Of a stretch of 64,000 nt of DNA, positions 33,855 through 40,790 are shown piece after piece. Both the position numbers and the translations under genes were made by a program. The notes beneath the pieces were generated by a model. That model saw nothing but the letters and a program-made list of their open reading frames with translations, was not told where the DNA came from and did not search any database. The stretch is taken from NCBI GenBank assembly GCA_963823665.1, contig CAWGMQ010000010.1, forward strand, positions 1,536,001-1,600,000. The letters run 5' to 3'. This DNA comes from an uncultured Planctomycetota bacterium (lineage in GTDB: Bacteria > Planctomycetota > Planctomycetia > Isosphaerales > Isosphaeraceae). The stretch's first letter is position 1. The number at the start of each line of letters is the position of its first letter.

Positions 33855-34065
33855 GAGCCCCGAAGCGGGGCGACATCATAAAGCCCGGCGTGTAAACCCC
33901 GGGGACGACAATGCACCAACGCACCTCCATTTTCCGAGCCCCGATCCGGGGCGACATCATAAAGCCCGGGATGCGAACCCCGGGGACGACAATGCACCAA
34001 AGCGCCTCCATTTCCCGAGCCCCGATCCGGGGCGACATCATAAAGCCCGGGGTGTGAACCCCGGT
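33855..34065. repeat. Three tandem 81-bp palindromic REP/BIME-like units
   Basis: GAGCCCCGATCCGGGGCGACATCATAAAGCCCGGGGTGTGAACCCCGG-like unit at 33855, 33936 and 34017. Confidence 0.85.
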
Positions 34066-34133
34066 AATGCGCCCGATCCTCCCACTCCGCGGTCGAACGA
34101 TATGATGGCAGCCGCACAACAGGAGCTCCCCAG

Positions 34134-35015
34134 ATGCCGAAGCACCCTCATCTCGCCCTCATCATCGGTCTCCTGGCACTCTCCCCAGGATGCCAGAGTC
34201 ACCCAGACGTATCTCCCGGTTTAGAGCCTCAGCAAGAGGACTATGCCCGAGCCCGCAGCCTCTTCAAGACCAAGCTCGTGCGCCAAGCCCCGTCCCCTCA
34301 GCCGGGAGAACCGCTCCAAACCCCGCCGAACACCGTTGCGATCGACTATCGATCAGGCGAGCTGACTCTCAAAGCGTTCGTCACGCCCGACCCCGGCGAC
34401 GGCGCAAAACATCCCGCCGTCCTCTTTCTGCACGGCGGATTCGCCTTCGGCGGTGACGACGCGGAGATGCCGCAGCCCTATCGGGACGCCGGCTTTATCG
34501 TGATGATCCCGATCTTGCGCGGCGAGAACGGCCAGCCCGGCTCGTTCACAATGTTCTACGACGAGGTGAACGACGTCCTGGCCGCAGCCGACACCTTGGC
34601 CGCACTTCCCTATGTGGATTCAACCCACATCTTCGTGTCAGGCCACAGCGCCGGCGGCACTCTCGCCATGCTCGCCGCAATGGCGTCCAATCGCTTCCGC
34701 GCGGCGGCGTCGCTCTCCGGCTCACCCGACCAAAAAGCCAACGCCGCTTCCCAGCCAATCCTGGCAGTATTCGATCAATCCGACCCGCGCGAGTTCCAGC
34801 TTCGTTCCCCAGTCGCCTACGCGACGAGCTTCAAGTCGCCCATGCGAATGTACTTCGGCGATCAGGAAGGCTGGACAACATTATCGACCCAACGAATGGC
34901 CGAGGTGGCCAAGCACAAAGGGCTCGATGTAGAAGCGATCGAAGTCCCAGGAGACCACTACTCCTCGGTACCAGAAGCGATCCGGAAGAGCATCGAGTTC
35001 TTCAAGGTCAAATAA
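34134..35015 (+). CDS. Lipoprotein alpha/beta hydrolase (S9/prolyl-oligopeptidase-like), copy 2, intact
   Basis: Lipobox-like LSPGC, LHGG, GHSAGG nucleophile elbow, GDH. Confidence 0.88.
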   Translation: MPKHPHLALIIGLLALSPGCQSHPDVSPGLEPQQEDYARARSLFKTKLVRQAPSPQPGEPLQTPPNTVAIDYRSGELTLKAFVTPDPGDGAKHPAVLFLHGGFAFGGDDAEMPQPYRDAGFIVMIPILRGENGQPGSFTMFYDEVNDVLAAADTLAALPYVDSTHIFVSGHSAGGTLAMLAAMASNRFRAAASLSGSPDQKANAASQPILAVFDQSDPREFQLRSPVAYATSFKSPMRMYFGDQEGWTTLSTQRMAEVAKHKGLDVEAIEVPGDHYSSVPEAIRKSIEFFKVK

Positions 35016-35104
35016 TCGGACTGGAATGCAGCATGACGTGGCACGATTGTCTCCGCTCTGCTTTAATGGAGCAGTCAAGCCCGGCGAAAGGACGAGGATC
35101 ACGT

Positions 35105-35326
35105 ATGGAAACCGAGCGAGTGGTCATCTCCGGATTGGTCAAGAACGGGGTGGTTGTGCCTCAGGGGTCCAACCAGCTTCCCGAGGGAGCACTGGTCGCG
35201 ATCGTGATCCCGTCAGGCTCACCGCACCTCACCCCGGACGTGCGCACCGAATTCGACGCCTGGGAACGAGTGAGTGACGAGGCTTGGGCGCTCATTGATC
35301 AATGGGAGCGCGAGGAGCAACCGTGA
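35105..35326 (+). CDS. Putative antitoxin, copy 2
   Basis: Near-identical to 33140-33361; GTGA overlap with the toxin. Confidence 0.75.
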   Translation: METERVVISGLVKNGVVVPQGSNQLPEGALVAIVIPSGSPHLTPDVRTEFDAWERVSDEAWALIDQWEREEQP

Positions 35327-35661
35327 CCACGGGCGCAGTGCACTGGGTCGAGCTCCCGCCCTCGACCGGCCACGAACAGAGCGGCCGCCGCCCCGCCATC
35401 GTCGTACAAAACGAGAAGTATGCCGCGACCCTTCCGGTCGTCCTCACGGTTCCGCTCACCACGGCGACCTCGACTTTGAGGTTCCCCGGTACGGTGTCGG
35501 TCCAACCCAGCGATGAGAACGGCTTGCAGTCTCCCTCGGTCGCGCTCGTCTTTCAAATGCGCGCGGTAGACCGACGACGCATTGGAAATCGGATGGGCGC
35601 CGTAAGTGCTGGAGTTCTCGCCGAGATCATCGCCGCTCTGGACGAGCTCCTGGGACGCTGA
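35323..35661 (+). CDS. PemK/MazF family toxin, copy 2
   Basis: GHEQSGRRPAIVVQN and VPLTT motifs. Confidence 0.9.
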   Translation: MTTGAVHWVELPPSTGHEQSGRRPAIVVQNEKYAATLPVVLTVPLTTATSTLRFPGTVSVQPSDENGLQSPSVALVFQMRAVDRRRIGNRMGAVSAGVLAEIIAALDELLGR

Positions 35662-35795
35662 AAGTCAGTTTAGTTCAATGTCCTGTATTTCCGTAACGCA
35701 GATTCAAGGTTTCGAATCGTTTGCCGAATTAAATCCAGCGGGGGTATCGCAGGGCGCCCGCACGCCCGCTTCAATTGGTCCTGGATACCGATATA

Positions 35796-36323
35796 ATGTC
35801 TAAAAAAACAGCACGCGTGGTTATGTTGACCACGCTCTCGGTCGCGACGGTGGGGCTCGGCCTGCTACTGGTCACGCCCTGGGCGGGTGTCACACAAGAG
35901 CATTCCAAGCTACTGCAACAGGGCATGACTCGGGCGGAAGTAGAACGTCTGCTCGAAGGGCCTCCGCGAAATGAGCTGAGGTACCATGCCGTGGTCTGGC
36001 TTCCGCAAGCGGCCGGGCGGCCGATCTCAGCGGAAATCGCCCCGACATCTCCGGCGGTTGATGTTCTCGTGCGGGAAGACAGGCCGAAGAATATTCGGCA
36101 ACCGGTGCGGTCGTCTTCCCTCGATTTCTTCCCGCAAGAATCCGGAATGGGCGGCAATCAAGTCGTATGGGTCACGGGGGAGTGCCTGATCGCCGTCTAT
36201 TTCACACAGGACGGCCGGTTGCGGCATAAATACGTCTCGACGGTCGACGAGTCTGTGCCGCCATCTGTAGTCGACTGGCTGGCATCGAGGCCGCGAATGA
36301 TCCGCCGTTCCCTCGGTTTCTAG
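35796..36323 (+). CDS. Membrane-anchored hypothetical protein with BamE/SmpA-like motif
   Basis: N-terminal TM; LQQGMTRAEVERLL.GP. Confidence 0.6.
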   Translation: MSKKTARVVMLTTLSVATVGLGLLLVTPWAGVTQEHSKLLQQGMTRAEVERLLEGPPRNELRYHAVVWLPQAAGRPISAEIAPTSPAVDVLVREDRPKNIRQPVRSSSLDFFPQESGMGGNQVVWVTGECLIAVYFTQDGRLRHKYVSTVDESVPPSVVDWLASRPRMIRRSLGF

Positions 36324-36404
36324 GAGTATCGTCCGATATCGACGCCTCGGGTCGGTTCAGGCCGTTTCATGGGACAACCCGACCGTTGTCCGAAGAAGTC
36401 GCTC

Positions 36405-37011
36405 ATGGCCCAGAACCCGATCATCGCCCGCGTCGACAACCTCACCCGTTCTCGCTTCGCGGAAATGCTGGCCGAGAGCGCGGCCTCCGGCTATCAATTC
36501 CTCCGCCGCTTTCTCGACAAGTGGGAACGCGCGGTCAACCGCTTCTCGCGTCCTGGCGAGGCGTTGCTGGTCGCCCAGAGTCACGGCCGTTGGGCGGGCG
36601 TCTGCGGGCTTAGGAACAGGCCGGCATTAACTTCCCGATTTCGGCACCAACCCCACCACGAACGAAAGCCCTCGTTCCGACGCTCTGCGTCGGAACGGTA
36701 TTTGTGCCGCTCCGCGGCGCGCTCGAGGTAAATCGTCGGAAGTTGTTTCCGACCCGTTCCTTAGCGTCGACCCTTACCTCGACGATCCTCGAGTCGCGCG
36801 GTTGCGCAACCTCTACGCCGTAGCCGATTGCCGAAGAAACGGGGTCGGTCGCCAGCTCGTGGAAAACGTGATATCGCTGGCCCGAGTTCATTTCGACAAA
36901 CTCAGACTCCGCAGTCCAGAAGAGGCTCCGGCGCGGCTCTACGAGTCGCTCGGCTTTCGACCCTGCCAAGGCATCCCGAACTACACTCACATCCTGAAAT
37001 GGAGGAGTTGA
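36405..37011 (+). pseudogene. GNAT acetyltransferase interrupted by a MITE
   Basis: AGVCGL | SVDPYLDDPRVARLRNLY..RRNGVGRQL..ARLYESLGF is in frame once 36613-36763 is removed. Confidence 0.88.
36613..36760. mobile_element. 148-bp MITE with imperfect 23-bp TIRs and TTA target duplication (IS5-family-like)
   Basis: Left GGAACAGGCCGGCATTAACTTCC versus reverse-complemented right GGAACGGGTCGGAAACAACTTCC; TTA at 36610-12 and 36761-63. Confidence 0.85.
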
Positions 37012-37124
37012 ACGGGCGAAGAGCAACCGATTCTGCATTAAGTAGGTTAGGCTTTAGCCTGACTCCCTCGCTCCAGCACGGCCGTTCGCGCGCTTTTCAC
37101 CCCGCGGGCAAGTCCAGAAGGAGT

Positions 37125-37200
37125 CAAGCCCGGCGAAACGACGAGATGCAGCTACGGAAACCGAGCGAGCGTTCATCTCCGGATTGGTCACGAACGGCGT
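37125..37200 (+). pseudogene. Degenerate remnant of the antitoxin 5' end and leader
   Basis: AAGCCCGGCGAAA..GGAAACCGAGCGAG..CATCTCCGGATTGGTCA.GAACGG matches 35077-35150. Confidence 0.7.
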
Positions 37201-37330
37201 CTTGGGTTCTTTTCACTCAGAGCCCGTCCCTCTGCCCGGGTCTTCCAAGGAGCTCCTCCTCTCCAGAGGACGGCAGCTACGTGAGGAATTAGAGCATGAG
37301 GAGTCGGCTCGGGCGATTGCTGGCTGATAC

Positions 37331-38155
37331 TGCCAGAGTCACCCAGACGTATCTCCAGGTTCAGAGCCCCAGCAAGATGACTTTGCCCGAGTCCGTACCA
37401 CCTTCAAAACCAAGCTCGTGCGCCAAGCCCCTTCCCCTCAGCCGGGAGAACCGCTCCAAACCCCGCCGAGCACCGTTGCGATCGACTATCGATCAGGCGA
37501 GCTGACTCTCAAAGCGTTCGTCACGCCAGACCCCGGCGACGGAGCAAAACATCCCGCCGTCCTCTTTCTGCACGGTGGATTCGCATTCGGCGGTGACGAC
37601 GCGGAGATGCCGCAGCCCTATCGGGACGCCGGCTTTATCGTGATGATCCCGATCTTGCGCGGCGAGAACGGCCAGCCCGGCTCGTTCACAATGTTCTACG
37701 ACGAGGTGAACGACGTCCTGGCCGCAGCCGACACCTTGGCCGCACTTCCCTATGTGGATTCAACCCACATCTTCGTGTCAGGCCACAGCGCCGGCGGCAC
37801 TCTCGCCATGCTCGCCGCGATGGCGTCCAATCGCTTCCGCGCGGCGGCGTCGCTCTCCGGCTCACCCGACCAAAAAGCCAACGCCGCTTCCCAGCCAATC
37901 CTGGCAGTATTCGATCAATCCGACCCGCGCGAGTTCCAGCTTCGTTCCCCGGTCGCCTACGCGATGAGCTTCAAGTCGCCCATCCGGATGTACTTCGGCG
38001 ATCAGGAGGGCTGGGCAACATTATCGACGCAACGAACCGCCGAGTTGGCCAAGCAGAAAGGCCTCGATGTCGAAGCGATCGAAGTCCCAGGAGACCATTT
38101 CTCCTCGGTACCGGAAGCGATCCGGAAGAGCATCGAGTTCTTCAAGCTCAAGTAA
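37331..38155 (+). CDS. Alpha/beta hydrolase copy 3 lacking the signal peptide (possible pseudogene)
   Basis: Homology starts at the lipobox Cys codon (37331), with an in-frame TGA at 37325. Catalytic motifs are intact; possible GTG start at 37418. Confidence 0.8.
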   Translation, partial: CQSHPDVSPGSEPQQDDFARVRTTFKTKLVRQAPSPQPGEPLQTPPSTVAIDYRSGELTLKAFVTPDPGDGAKHPAVLFLHGGFAFGGDDAEMPQPYRDAGFIVMIPILRGENGQPGSFTMFYDEVNDVLAAADTLAALPYVDSTHIFVSGHSAGGTLAMLAAMASNRFRAAASLSGSPDQKANAASQPILAVFDQSDPREFQLRSPVAYAMSFKSPIRMYFGDQEGWATLSTQRTAELAKQKGLDVEAIEVPGDHFSSVPEAIRKSIEFFKLK

Positions 38156-38244
38156 TCGGATTCGAATGCAGCACGCCGTGGCACGCTTGTCTCCGCAATG
38201 CTTTAATGGAGCAGTCAAGCACGGCGAAAAGGTGAGGATCACAT

Positions 38245-38412
38245 ATGGAAACCCAGCGAGTGGTCATCTCCGGATTGGTCAGGAACGGGGTGGTTGTGCC
38301 TCAGGAACCCAACCAGCTACCGGAGGGAACACTGGTCGCGATCGTGATCCCTTCGCGTTCATCGGAGCTCACCCCGGAAGCACACACCGAATTCGACGCC
38401 TGGGAACGATAG
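38245..38412 (+). pseudogene. C-terminally truncated antitoxin, copy 3 (55 aa)
   Basis: METQRVVISGLVRNGVV...EFDAWER then TAG; no MazF follows. Confidence 0.8.
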
Positions 38413-38451
38413 AATGGTCGTGATAAGGCAGTGCATCGGGAGGGAGGAACC

Positions 38452-38799
38452 ATGCCACGCACGAAACCGAGAGCGCTCAAACCGCCGGCGTCACCAAACG
38501 CGAAACCGAACGGGATCGGCGAAACACCGGAGGTGCTGACACTGGAGGAAGCGGCATCGTATTTCCGCGTTCCTGCGGATGCCGTATTGCGCATGATCGA
38601 CGCGGAGGGACTTCCGGCCCGTCGATTCGGTACGGACTGGCGGTTCTACAAGGCTGCGCTCCAGGGTTGGTTGGGAGCAGCGCGACCCAAGAAAGGTATC
38701 CTTGACCACATCGGGCGGATCGAGGACGATCCTCACGCTCAAGAGATGCTTCGGGGAATTTACGCCAGGCGACGACGACCTGAGACCGTCCAGGAATGA
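38452..38799 (+). CDS. Excisionase-like HTH_17 protein, probable antitoxin
   Basis: EVLTLEEAASYFRV..GLPARRFGTDWRF; ATGA overlap with the PIN gene. Confidence 0.8.
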   Translation: MPRTKPRALKPPASPNAKPNGIGETPEVLTLEEAASYFRVPADAVLRMIDAEGLPARRFGTDWRFYKAALQGWLGAARPKKGILDHIGRIEDDPHAQEMLRGIYARRRRPETVQE

Positions 38800-39218
38800 T
38801 GCACTTCCTCGATACCGACACGATGACCCACGCCCACTTGGGCCATCGCCAGGTCGCTTCTCGAATCGAACTGGTGGGGGAACAGAATGTTGCGACGACC
38901 ATCATCACCGCGATCGAGATCATTCGCGGGCGACACGATTAAGTCCTGCAGGCCGCGGATGGCGCGCAACTCCTGCGCGCTCAGCAACTTCTCCATGCCA
39001 GCGAAGAGATGTTGATGGACATCCAGATCTTCCGCGTCGACGTACAGGCTGCCGCGGAGTTCGACCGACTCCGGCAGATCAAAAGGCTCAAGAAAATCGG
39101 ACGCGCCGACTTGCTAATCGGTTGCATCACGCTCGCCCACCGAGCGACCTTGGTGACGCGAAACGATGACCACTTTCGCCAGATACCCGCGTTGAAGATC
39201 GAGAACTGGGTGGATTGA
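38796..39218 (+). pseudogene. VapC/PIN toxin with in-frame TAA at 38940
   Basis: FLDTDT, ITAIE, ADLLI..ITL, TLVTRN..HF and ENW all in one frame, interrupted by one stop. Confidence 0.85.
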
Positions 39219-39285
39219 AGGCGACGATCGGGCCAAATTCCGACGAGGTAGGCAGCGGCGTGATCCAGATAGCAGTAGGATTGGA

Positions 39286-39367
39286 CCCTCAGTAAGACGA
39301 CGACGCCCAAGCCCGCAGCGCCTGGAAAACCAAGCTCGTACGCCAAGGCCCGTCCGCTCAGCCGGGA
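39286..39367 (+). pseudogene. Degenerate fourth fragment of the hydrolase 5' region
   Basis: GCCCGCAGC..AACCAAGCTCGTACGCCAAG.CCCGTCC.CTCAGCCGGGA matches about 34226-34307. Confidence 0.7.
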
Positions 39368-39419
39368 GTGCAGCATACGGAGCGGAGAATTCCCGTCGCG
39401 AAAGTTGCGCAAGCTTCCG

Positions 39420-39745
39420 CCCCCTTTAGAAGGGGGGGCCAGGGTAGCCGGTTGAAAACTTGCAGAATAAGGAGCGAAGATTTCCCGCCGCGTATGTTGC
39501 GCTAAGTTTCCCCCCCTTGAGAAGGGGGGGCCAGGGGGGGTCGTCCCGGCGGCCGCCATCACAAAACCGTCGCGCAACAGAAAACGCCGATTCGTCCAGC
39601 TCGAAATTCGCGAATACAGCCCAGTTTTCATCAGGCCAGGGGCGGTCGTTCCGGCGGCCGACATTACAAAACCGTCGCGCAACAGAAATCGCCGAATCGT
39701 CCACCTCGAAACTCGCCAATACAGCCCACTTTTCATCAGACCAGT
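39420..39745. repeat. Two CCCC(CC)TT-N3-AAGGGGGG-CCAGGG palindromes plus a 105-bp tandem duplication
   Basis: Palindromes at about 39420 and 39510; ACAAAACCGTCGCGCAACAGAAA at 39561 and 39666. Confidence 0.75.
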
Positions 39746-40116
39746 CCGCCCCTGCTCCGCACCTGTCTATTTCATTTTCCGAACTCCTTCGGGTTTATTG
39801 ATGATCACTCGTCCTTCTTTGACAACGTAAGCCAGCCCGCACTGTTTGAGGAGCAGTCGGAGCGATGTCCTGAGTGACGCGCCCTCGACGTCCATGATGA
39901 CCGCGGAGCCGGTCGTCGCCGCAGAAGACCAGGTGAACACCTATCGCGCAGGGTCCTGACTCGGTTCCAGGTTGAACGGACATGAAATAACGGTCACTCA
40001 TAGCTGACCTGTTGGCCGCGGCCACGAATTTTCCCGACGCTGTCTGGAAAATCTCCCACTGAAGGTAAAATGCCCGCGCAAGGGCGATGATAGGAGCTGA
40101 AAAACTCCAGTAACCC

Positions 40117-40467
40117 TTAACCCTTTCCGCAACTCCCCGGCGGCCACGGCCAGGGAGCGTGAGAGTCATCATGGCGCTTGCCCCCGACACTCACGAGCCA
40201 CGCACGGAACTCCGGCGACGACTGGCATACCGCCCAATCGAGTGGCGATCCACCACCGCGGTCGATCGAGTTGATTTCCGCCCCCCGCGAATGCAACAGC
40301 TTGGCCACCGCAAGTGCGTTGTACGCGCACGCGAAACTGAAAGCCGTTTCCCCCAGCCCGTTGCGCGCGTTGACATCGACGCCGCCGTCGAGAAGAACGC
40401 GAACACGCTCCACGTCATCGCGCACAACCGCTTCCAGCATGTCCGTTGAAAGAGCGTTCTCACACAT
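40117..40467 (-). CDS. Small ankyrin-repeat protein
   Basis: LLDGGVDVNARNGLGETA and GAEINSIDRGGGSPLDWA. Confidence 0.85.
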   Translation of the reverse strand: MCENALSTDMLEAVVRDDVERVRVLLDGGVDVNARNGLGETAFSFACAYNALAVAKLLHSRGAEINSIDRGGGSPLDWAVCQSSPEFRAWLVSVGGKRHDDSHAPWPWPPGSCGKG

Positions 40468-40688
40468 TCGAAGTCCGGCGAGCTCGCAGCACGCGCTCCC
40501 GGTAGATGTCGTCGATCAACCCCTGCGTCGGATACATGACTTGCGACTCACCACGTCTGATCGTCCCCACTCACGATCTTGAATCTTGGCACTTCGATTG
40601 TCAATTGAATCGCCCAGCCGGATCGGTGCCAGGCCAGAAATGTCAAGATTCGAGGTCCATCTGGTACAATTCCTGTCGGAGGCTCACC

Positions 40689-40790
40689 ATGCCGATTCAC
40701 GATTGGACCCGAGTTCCAGCCGGGACGTACCCGCCACCCCCAGAACCAAGTCCGCAGCATGACGTACGCCTGGGACCAACCACATGTTGA
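40689..40790 (+). pseudogene. N-terminal stub of a DUF4058-like protein
   Basis: MPIHDWTRVPAG start with GGAGG RBS; similarity lost after about 14 codons. Confidence 0.5.

Noticed and set aside
33855..34065. CRISPR array
   Set aside because: Only three units, the linkers are near-identical rather than unique spacers, and there are no cas genes.
32776..38155. Diversity-generating retroelement template/variable repeats
   Set aside because: No reverse transcriptase, and differences between copies are not adenine-specific.
38452..38799. Prophage/ICE excisionase
   Set aside because: No integrase or phage genes nearby; coupling to a PIN gene favours an antitoxin role.
32776..39218. Integron cassette array
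   Set aside because: Cassette-like content (TA, GNAT), but no attC-like RYYYAAC...GTTRRRY sites were found by eye and no integrase is present.
39426..39801. Small ORFs over the repeat block
   Set aside because: The translations derive from palindromes and a tandem duplication; no coding signal.
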